DNA of 64,000 nt from Mobula hypostoma (taxonomy: Eukaryota): NCBI RefSeq assembly GCF_963921235.1, contig NC_086105.1:50096001-50160000 (forward strand). The letters run 5' to 3'. Positions 35,460 through 45,189 of this stretch are shown here, one piece after another. The notes beneath the pieces were generated by a model, which was not told the DNA's origin, did not search any database, and saw only the letters and a program-made list of their open reading frames with translations. Within the stretch, counting starts at the first letter, position 1, and the number at the start of each line of letters is the position of its first letter. The translations under genes and the position numbers were made by a program.

Positions 35460-36870
35460 CAGAAGAGCCATAAGACATGGGATCAGAATAACGCTCATTA
35501 AGTCCCTCTCAACCCTGTTCTCCTGCTTTATCCCTGCAACCTTTGACACCCTTTCTAATCAACAGCCTATCAACCTCTGCTTTAAACATACCCAATGGCT
35601 TGGCCTCCACAACCATCTGTGGCAATGAATTTCACAGACTCACCACCCTCTGGCTAAAGAAACTCCTCCTCATCTCTGTTCTGAAGGGACATCCTTCTAT
35701 TCTGAGGTTGTGCCCTCTGGTCCTAGACTCTCCCACTATAGGAAACATCCTGTCAGCATTCACTCCATCTAGCTTTTAACTATTGGGTAGGTTTCAATGA
35801 GATTGTCCTTCAATCTTCTAAATTAAAGTGAGTACAGGCCCGGAGCCATAACACTTCTTGTACATTAGTATTTTCATTTCTGGGTTCATTCTTGTGAACC
35901 TCCTCTGGACACGCTCCAATGCCAGAATATACTTTCTTAAATACAGGGCCCAAAACTGCTTACAACATCCAAATGCGGTCTGACTAATGCCTTTGAAAGC
36001 CTCAGCATTACATCCTTGCTTTTTTGATCTAGTCCTCTCAAAATGAATGCTAGCATTGCATTTGTCTTCCTTACAACTGACACAACCTGCAAGCTAACCT
36101 TTAGGAAATCCTGCAAAAGGACTCCCAAGTCCACTAGTACCGCTGATTTCTGAATCCACTCCCTGTTTAAAAAATACGTCTATGCATTTATTTCTTCCAC
36201 CAAAGTGCATGACTATTCACTTCTCCACACTATATTCCATCCGTCACTTTTTTGCCATTTCTCCCATTCTATCCAGGTCCTTCTGAAGGCTCTCTACTTC
36301 CTCAATACTACCTGCCCTCCACCTACTTTTGTATCATCTGCAAACCTGGCCATAATTCTGTCATTCAAATTATTAACATAATGTAAGAAGTATCAGATCC
36401 AACACCAACCCCTGCAGAACACCATCAACTAACCATGAAAAGGTCTCCTTTATTCCCACTCTTTGCCTCCTGCCAGTGAGCCCATCTTCTGCCCATGCTA
36501 GCATTTATCCTGTAATATCATGGGCTCTTATCGTATTTAGCAACCATATAAGCAGCACCTTAGCAAAGGCCTGCTGAAAAAAGAACAATTAAGCAAATCC
36601 ACTGGTTCTCCTTTGTCTATCCTGCCTGTTGTTTCATCAAGGAATTCCAAGAGATCTATCAGACAAGATGTCCCCTTAAGGAAACCATGCTGACTTTGGC
36701 CAGTTTTATCATGTACCTTCAAGTAGCCCGAAAACCCCATCCTTAATAATGGACTCCAACATCTTATCAGCTACCGAAATCAGGCAAATTGGCCAATAAT
36801 CTCGTCTTTGCCTCCCTCCCTCTGTAAACAGTGGAGTGACCATTTGCGATTTTCCAGTCAGGACCTTTGA
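35460..36870 (-). mobile_element. Degenerate CR1 (RT region to 3' end)
   Basis: SQHGFLKG, ANAMLAFI-like and LVRPHL motifs in minus-strand ORFs. Confidence 0.8.
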
Positions 36871-36879
36871 GCGCAAGTT

Positions 36880-37295
36880 CATAATTCCCCAAAAATGGCA
36901 ATACAGGAGGACAGAATAGTGAAGGAGGTGTGTTAGCTTGCTTGCCTTCACAGGCTGGATAATGTGTACAAGGGTTGGACGACATGGTGCTGACCTACAA
37001 GATTGGTTAAGCCACATTTCTAGTCTCCACACTATAGAAAAAGAGACCCGTGCAGTCGCAGGGAAAGCATGCAAGCTCCTTACAGTCAGCGGTGGAATTG
37101 AAACCGGGTGGCTCTAATAGTGTCACACTAACCTCTACGTTACCACACTGCCCACACGATGTAGGAGGAAATCGAGGCATCCTCAGGAAACCCAAACAGT
37201 CACAGGAGGAACTTGCAAACTCCAGGTGGGGACCAGGGTTGGAACTGAGCGAGCTGGAGCCAGGGGACAGCAGTACTACCTGCTGTACTGCATGC
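36880..37295 (-). mobile_element. V-SINE fragments (two adjacent or nested)
   Basis: GGAATTGAAACC and TGTAGGAGGAAATCGAGGCATCC complements of B-box and V-domain. Confidence 0.5.
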
Positions 37296-37329
37296 CATCT
37301 TCAATTGTGATGGAATATGCACCAGGGAT

Positions 37330-38210
37330 GGGGGAGTCCCTGCAGCTGATAATCATTAATACAGTCACCCACTTCAAGATTGACATGAAATCTGTCTCTG
37401 CACAGTCTCACTGTCAGGGGTTTGGAAATCACGGAAGAAACCTCTGAGACCAGGCTTTGGCAGTGAGAACATATGGTGGGAGTGGACAAGACTGATCGAA
37501 GCCCAGGTTTTCAAAGGACATATTGAGAGGTTTGTTGGAAGTATCTGAGTGGTCATGGAAAGGACCGTTTGGGTAAACTGGTTTGTTCTAGTCCTGTGAA
37601 TGGTTTGTTTAAATGAGACATTTTCCTCCTGTTAAAACAGAGGGCTATGTGGGAGGGAAGGGTTAGATTAACCTTGGACACGGTTAAAAGTTGGCATAAA
37701 ATTGTGGCTGAAGGCTTGTACCATGCTAAACTGTTCAATGTATAAACACCGAAGGGAGTGCAGAAGAGATTCACCTAGATTTGCCTGGAATACAGGGCTT
37801 TAGTTACAAGGAGAGATTGGAATAAGGAGATTTATTTAAGGAGAGACATGAGATGGTTCTCACTGGAGCACAGGATGTCGTGCTTTAGAAAACTCTGAGT
37901 AGCATATAAAGAGTAGTTGGGGAGCTTCTTCAGAGTAGGAAAACCAAAAATGGAAGATATGAGAGGATAAATATTTAAAGATCTGAAGGGGTATGTTTTT
38001 CCAGAGGGTGGCTGATATATGGAACATGCTACCAGAAGAGGTGGCAGAGGCAGGTATAACCATGGCATTTAGGAAGCATTTGGACTAGTTCATGGATAGG
38101 ACTGGACCACAGGGATCTGAGCTAAATGCAGGAAAATGTGATTAGCACAACCAGGCATCTCATGGACGAGGCAGATTAAAAGGCCTGCTTCTGTGCAGTA
38201 TCACTCTAAG
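37330..38210 (+). mobile_element. Degenerate CR1 3' fragments
   Basis: GAAGGGAGTGCAGAAGAGATTCAC and CR1-type tails; no long ORF. Confidence 0.55.
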
Positions 38211-38617
38211 CTTTTACTCCAAATCTTAAATTCTGAGATATCCACCATAATGAACAGCTTCTTCTACCTACCTCATCTAACCCAGGCATGGCCCTGACAA
38301 CCTTCAGTGAATATCCTCTCAATCTTCTGTTGATCCATGGAGAACAATCCTGGCTTCTCCAATCTAACCTTGTAGCTGAAATCCCTTTCGATATCTTCTC
38401 TAGGACCTTCAGATCCTTCCCAAGGTTATCTGACTAGATCTGGGTGCATTACCCTGATTGTATTCTAACCAGCAATCCATACGGGCTGACAAAACTATGC
38501 TGGTATTTTGCTTTCTGCCTAAGCTTGTGAAACCTGGTATTCTGTGGGGTTTATGAACCACTTGCAACCTGCCTGGCCATTGTCCCTGATGGCCTCGCAG
38601 CACCCTTCAGAACTGCA

Positions 38618-39393
38618 AACAACAGGAATTCTGCAGATGCTGGAAATTCAAGCAACACACATCAAAGTTGCTGGTGAACGCAGCAGGCCAAGCAGCATCT
38701 GTAGGAAGAGGTGCAGTCGACGTTTCAGGCCGAGACCCTTCGTCAGGACTAACTGAAGGAAGAGTGAGTAAGGGATTTGAAAGTTGGAGGGGGAGGGGGA
38801 GATCCAAAATGATAGGAGAAGACAGGAGGGGGAGGGATAGAGCCAAGAGCTGGACAGGTGATAGGCAAAAGGGGATACGAGAGGATCATGGGACAGGAGG
38901 TCCGGGAAGAAAGACGGGGGGGGGGGACCCAGAGGATGGGCAAGAGGTATATTCAGAGGGACAGAGGGAGAAAAAGGAGAGTGAGAGAAAGAATGTGTGC
39001 ATAAAAATAAGTAACAGATGGGGTACGAGGGGGAGGTGGGGCCTAGCGGAAGTTAGAGAAGTCGATGTTCATGCCATCAGGTTGGAGGCTACCCAGATGG
39101 AATATAAGGTGTTGTTCCTCCAACCTGAGTGTGGCTTCATCTTTACAGTAGAGGAGGCCGTGGATAGACATGTCAGAATGGGAATGGGATGTGGAATTAA
39201 AATGTGTGGCCACTGGGAGATCCTGCTTTCTCTGGCGGACAGAGCGTAGATGTTCAGCAAAGCGGTCTCCCAGTCTGCGTCGGGTCTCGCCAATATATAA
39301 AAGGCCACATCGGGAGCACCGGACGCAGTATATCACCCCAGTCGACTCACAGTTGAAGTGTTGCCTCACCTGGAAGGACTGTTTGGGGCCCTG
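38618..39393 (-). mobile_element. Inverted 3' copy (pLTR-like) of the Penelope-like element
   Basis: Near-identical reverse complement of 40500-41218 plus tail; GIY-YIG ORF 39043-39369. Confidence 0.95.
38715..38750 (-). ncRNA. Minimal type I hammerhead ribozyme motif
   Basis: Minus strand reads AGTC-CTGACGA-AGGGTCTCGGCCT-GAAA-C-GTC-GACT: helix I, intact core, short helix II, palindromic ACGT in place of helix III. Confidence 0.8.
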
Positions 39394-40850
39394 TTCAATC
39401 CCTTCCGACCTATGTTCGTGACACTTCTCACACTCTTAAACTTTTCGATGATTTTAAGTTCCCTGGCCCCCACCGCTTTATTTTCACCATGGATGTCCAG
39501 TCCTTATATACTTCCATCCCCCATCAGGAAGGTCTCAAAGCTCTACACTTCTTTTTGGATTCCAGACCTAACCAGTTCCCCTCTACCACCACTCTGCTCC
39601 GTCTAGTGGAATTAGTCCTTACTGTTAATAATTTCTCCTTTGGCTCCTCCCACTTCCTCCAAACTAAAGGTGTAGCTATGGGCACCCGTATGGGTCCTAG
39701 CTATGCCTGCCTTTTTGTTGGGTTTGTGGAACAATCTATGTTCCGTGCCTATTCTGGTATCTGTCCCTCACTTTTCCTTCACTACATCGACGACTGCATT
39801 GGCGCTGCTTCCTGCACGCATGCAGAACTCGTTGACTTTATTAACTTTGCCTCCAACTTTCACCCTGCCCTCAAGTTTACCTGGTCCATTTCCGACACCT
39901 CCCTCCCCTTTCTAGATCTTTCTGTCTCTGTTTCTGGAGACAGCTTATCCACTGATGTCTACTATAAGCCTACTGACTCTCACAGCTATCTGGACTATTC
40001 CTCTTCTCACCCTGTCTCTTGCAAAAACGCCATCCCCTTCTCGCAATTCCTTCGTCTCCGCCACATCTGCTCTCAGGATGAGGCTTTTCATTCTAGAACG
40101 AGGGAGATGTCTTCCTTTTTTAAAGAAAGGGGCTTCCCTTCCTCCACTATCAACTCTGCTCTTAAACGCATCTCCCCCATTTCACGTACATCTGCTCTCA
40201 CTCCATCCTCCCGCCACCCCACTAGGAATAAGGTTCCCCTGGTCCTCACCTACCACCCCACCAGCCTCCGGGTCCAACATATTATTCTCCGTAACTTCCG
40301 CCACCTCCAACGGGATCCCACCACTAAGCACATCTTTCCCTCCCCCCCTCTCTCTGCATTCCGCAGGGATCGCTCCCTACACAACTCCCTTGTCCATTCG
40401 TCCCCGCGATCCCTCCCCACTGATCTCCCTCCTGGCACTTATCCGTGTAAGCGGAACAAGTGCTATACATGCCCTTACACTTTCTCCCTTACCACCATTC
40501 AGGGCCCCAAACAGTCCTTCCAGGTGAGGCAACACTTCACCTGTGAGTCGACTGGGGTGATAAACTGTGTCCGGTGCTCCCGATGTGGCCTTTTATATAT
40601 TGGCGAGACCCGACGCAGACTGGGAGACCGCTTTGCTGAACATCTACGCTCTGTCCGCCAGAGAAAGCAGGATCTCCCAGTGGCCACACATTTTAAATCC
40701 ACATCCCATTCCCATTCTGACATGTCTATCCATGGCCTCCTCTACTGTAAAGATGAAGCCACACTCAGGTTGGAGGAACAACACCTTATATTCCGTCTGG
40801 GTAGCCTCCAACCTGATGGCATGAACATCGACTTCTCTAACTTCCGCTAG
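39393..40850 (+). CDS. Penelope-like (Neptune-type) reverse transcriptase plus GIY-YIG endonuclease, 5'-truncated open frame
   Basis: Frame is open from 39393 (VQSLPTYVRDT). Motifs MDVQSLYTSIP, QTKGVAMG, YIDD, YYKPTD, Cys-rich linker CKRNKCYTC and CSRCGLLYIGETRRRLGDRFAEH. Confidence 0.92.
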   Translation, partial: VQSLPTYVRDTSHTLKLFDDFKFPGPHRFIFTMDVQSLYTSIPHQEGLKALHFFLDSRPNQFPSTTTLLRLVELVLTVNNFSFGSSHFLQTKGVAMGTRMGPSYACLFVGFVEQSMFRAYSGICPSLFLHYIDDCIGAASCTHAELVDFINFASNFHPALKFTWSISDTSLPFLDLSVSVSGDSLSTDVYYKPTDSHSYLDYSSSHPVSCKNAIPFSQFLRLRHICSQDEAFHSRTREMSSFFKERGFPSSTINSALKRISPISRTSALTPSSRHPTRNKVPLVLTYHPTSLRVQHIILRNFRHLQRDPTTKHIFPSPPLSAFRRDRSLHNSLVHSSPRSLPTDLPPGTYPCKRNKCYTCPYTFSLTTIQGPKQSFQVRQHFTCESTGVINCVRCSRCGLLYIGETRRRLGDRFAEHLRSVRQRKQDLPVATHFKSTSHSHSDMSIHGLLYCKDEATLRLEEQHLIFRLGSLQPDGMNIDFSNFR

Positions 40851-41218
40851 GCCCCACCTCCCCCTCGTACCCCATCTGTTACTTATTTTTATGCACACAT
40901 TCTTTCTCTCACTCTTTTTCTCCCTCTGTCCCTCTGAATATACCTCTTGCCCATCCTCTGGGTCCCCCCCCCACCCCCGTCTTTCTTCCCGGACCTCCTG
41001 TCCCATGATCCTCTCGTATTCCCTTTTGCCCATCACCTGTCCAGCTCTTGGCTCTATCCCTCTCCCTCCTGTCTTCTCCTATCATTTTGGATCTCCCCCT
41101 CCCCCTCCAACTTTCAAATCCCTTACTCACTCTTCCTTCAGTTAGTCCTGACGAAGGGTCACGGCCTGAAACGTCGACTGCAACTCTTCCTACAGATGCT
41201 GCTTGGCCTGCTGCATTC
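39394..41218 (+). mobile_element. Penelope-like element, forward copy; tail resumes at 43906-43927
   Basis: ORF plus pyrimidine-rich UTR and hammerhead; whole composite bounded by a 15-bp direct repeat at 38603-38617 and 43931-43945. Confidence 0.95.
41144..41179 (+). ncRNA. Minimal type I hammerhead ribozyme motif
   Basis: AGTC (41144-47), CTGACGA (41148-54), helix II, GAAA (41168-71), C, GTC (41173-75), GACT (41176-79); predicted cleavage after 41175. Confidence 0.8.
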
Positions 41219-43905
41219 TACCGGATGGTAGTTTGCCTCCCCGGTGCCAGGGACGTGAATTAGCTAAGATAGACTGGCAAATGACACTTAAAGGATTGAC
41301 GGTGGATATGCAATGGCAAGCATTTAAAGGTTGCATGGATGAACTACAACAATTGTTCATCCCAGTTTGGCAAAAGAATAAATCAAGGAAGGTAGTGCAT
41401 CCGTGGCTGACAAGAGAAATTAGGGATAGTATCAATTCCAAAGAAGAAGCATACAAATTAGCCAGAGAAAGTGGCTCACCTGAGGACTGGGAGAAATTCA
41501 GAGTTCAGCAGAGGAGGACAAAGGGCTTAATTAGGAAGGGGAAAAAAGTTTATGAGAGAAAACTGGCAGGGAACATAAAAACGGACTGTAAAAGCTTTTA
41601 TAGATATGTAAAAAGGAAAAGACTGGTAAAGACAAATGTAGGTCCCCTACAGACAGAAACAGGTGAATTGATTATGGGGAGCAAGGACATGGCAGACCAA
41701 TTGAATAATTACTTTGGTTCTGTCTTCACTAAGGAGGACATAAATAATCTTCCAGAAATAGTAGGGGACAGAGGGTCCAGTGAGATGGAGGAACTGAGCG
41801 AAATACATGTTAGTAGGGAAGTGGTGTTAGGTAAATTGAAGGGATTGAAGGCAGATAAATCCCCAGGGCTAGATGGTCTGCATCCCAGAGTGCTTAAGGA
41901 AGTAGCCCAAGAAATAGTGGATGCATTAGTGGTAATTTTTCAAAACTCGTTAGATTCTGGACTAGTTCCTGAGGATTGGAGGGTGGCTAATGTAACCCCA
42001 CTTTTTAAAAAAGGAGGGAGAGAGAAACCGGGGAATTATAGACCGGTTCGCCTAATGTCGGTGGTGGGGAAACTGCTGGAGTCAGTTATCAAAGATGTGA
42101 TAACAGCACATTTGGAAAGCGGTGAAATCATCAGACAAAGTCAGCATGGATTTGTGAAAGGAAAATCATGTCTGACGAATCTCATAGAATTTTTTTGAGG
42201 ATGTAACTAGTAGAGTGGATAGGGGAGAACCAGTGGATGTGGTATATTTGGATTTTCAAAAGGCTTTTGACAAGGTCCCACACAGGAGATTAGTGTGCAA
42301 ACTTAAAGCACACGGTATTGGGGATAAGGTATTGATGTGGATGGAGAATTGGTTAGCAGACAGGAAGCAAAGAGTGGGAATAAACGGGACCTTTTCAGAA
42401 TGGCAGGCGGTGACTATTTACGAAATTGAAACCATATTCATAGTGTATGTTTAATTATTGGATTAATCATTTATTTAATTTAGAAAGAGCAAATGGAAGT
42501 CCCTAAAATGGAAGTCAGAAAACCCTTGTACAGATTTTTCAATTAGTTAATCTGTCTTCTTTATGCACAAAACATACATTGATACAATTTAATGTGGTGC
42601 AGGGCTCATATGTCTAAAGATAAATTAGCTCATTTTTATTCTCATATCAACCCTATTAGTGACAGAGGTCATTCTGAAGTTGCTTCTTTCACTCACATGT
42701 TCTGGTCTTGTTCCTTTTTGGAAATATATTGGAAAGATATTTTCAATATTATCTCTACAGTTTTGTGTATTGATTTATTGGTATTGGGGGTAAGGTATTG
42801 GTGTGGGTGGAGAATTGGTTAGCAGACAGGAAACAAAGAGTGGGAATAAACGGGACCTTTTCAGAATGGCAGGCAGTGACTAGTGGGGTACCGCATGGCT
42901 CAGTGCTGGGACCCCAGTTGTTTACAATATATATTAATGACTTGGATGAGGGAATTAAATGCAGCATCTCCAAGTTTGCGGATGACACGAAGCTGGGTGG
43001 CAGTGTTAGCTGTGAGGAGGATGCTAAGAGGATGCAGGGTGACTTGGATAGGTTGGGTGAGTGGGCAAATTCATGGCAGATGCAATTTAATGTGGATAAA
43101 TGTGAAGTTATCCACTTTGGTGGCAAAAATAGGAAAACAGATTATTATCTGAATGGTGGCCGATTAGGAAAAGGGGAGGTGCAACGAGACCTGGGTGTCA
43201 TTATACACCAGTCATTGAAAGTGGGCATGCAGGTACAGCAGGCGGTGAAAAAGGCAAATGGTATGCTGGCATTTATAGCGAGAGGATTCGAGTACAGGAG
43301 CAGGGAGGTACTACTGCAGTTGTACAAGGCCTTGGTGAGACCACACCTGGAGTATTGTGTGCAGTTTTGGTCCCCTAATCTGAGGAAAGACATCCTTGCC
43401 ATAGAGGGAGTACAAAGAAGGTTCACCAGATTGACTCCTGGGATGGCAGGACTTTCATATGAAGAAAGACTGGATGAACTGGGCTTGTACTGGTTGGAAT
43501 TTAGAAGATTGAGGGGGGATCTGATTGAAACGTATAAAATCCTAAAGGGATTGGACAGGCTAGATGCAGGAAGATTGTTCCCGATGTTGGGGAAGTCCAG
43601 AACAAGGGGTCACAGTTTGAGGATAAAGGGGAAGCCTTTTAGGACCGAGATTAGGAAAAACTTCTTCACACAGAGAGTGGTGAATCTGTGGAATTCTCTG
43701 CCACAGGAAACAGTTGAGGCCAGTTCATTGGCTATATTTAAGAGGGAGTTAGATATGGCCCTTGTGGCTACGGGGATCAGGGGGTATGGAGGGAAGGCTG
43801 GGGAGGGGTTCTGAGTTGGATGATCAGCCATGATCATAATAAATGGCGGTGCAGACTCGAAGGGCCAAATGGCCTACTCCTGCACCTATTTTCTATGTTT
43901 CTATG
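41219..43905 (+). mobile_element. Young 5'-truncated CR1 LINE inserted in the Penelope tail
   Basis: ORF2 pieces to 42198, 42215-42416 and 42798-43814 with NYRPV, YLDFQKAFDKV, GSVLGP and FADD; (TTTCTATG)n tail; TTC duplicated at 41216-18 and 43906-08. Confidence 0.95.
42417..42779 (+). mobile_element. Foreign insert with an L1-type ORF2 zinc-knuckle fragment
   Basis: RAHMSKDKLAHFY...I(S)DR(G)HSEVASFTHMFWSC...YWKDIF resembles a degenerate CxxC-H-C region of fish-type L1; AT-rich relative to the CR1 flanks. Confidence 0.7.
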
Positions 43906-44559
43906 TTCACCAGCAACTTTAATGTGTATTCCCTTCAGAACTGCACCATTTTATCCAAGTTGGCCTCTTTTGTTCCTTCCTGAGAAAGCCCATCTCTCCA
44001 CACTTCTCCAATTTCATCTGCCACTTTCCTGCCCAGTCCACCAACAACCTATAGCAGCCCATTACTGTGCATCACACCTCACACCAACTTTTGTTTCAAA
44101 GGCACATTTAGAAGTTTCACTTTCCAGACTCACATCCAACTTATTACTATATATTTAAGAAAATATAGTCATTGACCACCAAGGAACACCACTATTACCC
44201 CTCCTTCAGCCTGAAAGACGTTTAGCATTATTGTCTGGAGGCAAATACAGTATCTTGGTCCAAAACATCAAGAGCTTATTCCCCTCCATTGATGCTGGCC
44301 TGTTGAGTTCCTCCAGCACTGTTTGTGTTGCTCAAGGTTTCTAGCATCTGCAAACTCATGTCCAGCATTACTCCCTGCTTTCTGCATTAATTTCCTGCAC
44401 ATACTACTAACTATCCTTTAATTGCCACGGGCATCAGTTTTTAACCAGTATTTTCAATGGGACTCCATCGAATTCCATCCACAAATCAACACAGTCATCA
44501 ATTACTGCATTCGTTTTTGAGCTACTTCATCAAAAACATTCAACTGAGTTGGACAAAAA

Positions 44560-45146
44560 CAAACTTGCTCTTTTCCAAAAGACCTTAATGAAACCCCACT
44601 TGGAGAACCATGTTCATTTCTGGTCATCTCATTACAGGAAGGATATGGATATTATAGAGAGAGTGCAGAGGAGATTTATAAGGATGTTGCCTGGGTTGGA
44701 GGGTGTACCTTATGAGAATAGGTTGAGTGAACATGGCCTTTTCTCTTGGAGCAACGGAGGATGAGAGGTGACGTTATAGATGTGCATAAGATGATGAGAG
44801 GCACTGATCCTGTGGATAGCTGGAGGCATTTTCCCAGGGCTGAAATGGCTAACATGAGGGGGCATAGTTTTAAGATGCTTGGAAGTAGGTACAAGGGGAA
44901 TATCAGGAGTAGGTTTTTCACACAGAGTGTGGTGGATGTGGGGAATGCACTCCTAGCAAAGGTGGTAGAGGTCTATACAATAGGGTCCTTTAAGAAACTC
45001 TTAGATAGGTATTTGGAGCTTAGAAAATAGAGGGCTATGAGGTAGGGAAATCCTAGGCAGCTTCTGGAGTAGGTTACATGGTCGGCACAACATTGTGGGC
45101 CGAAGGACCTGTAATGTACTGTAGATTTTCTACGTTCTATGTTCTA
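44560..45146 (+). mobile_element. CR1 3' end
   Basis: PHLENHVHFWSSHYRKD...ERVQRRF; TTCTATG-type tail. Confidence 0.85.
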
Positions 45147-45189
45147 AAAGCAAGTATTCTCTCCTTTTATTTAAAAGACCATAAAAGGA

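Noticed and set aside
38668-39249. 193-aa plus-strand ORF and similar overlapping ORFs at 39955-40527 and 40644-41036
   Set aside because: Antisense or off-frame readings of the Penelope element and its purine-biased UTR.
39393-40850. Retron, group II intron or telomerase-like novel RT-nuclease system
   Set aside because: RT plus Cys linker plus GIY-YIG with hammerhead-bearing inverted ends is the established Penelope-like architecture.
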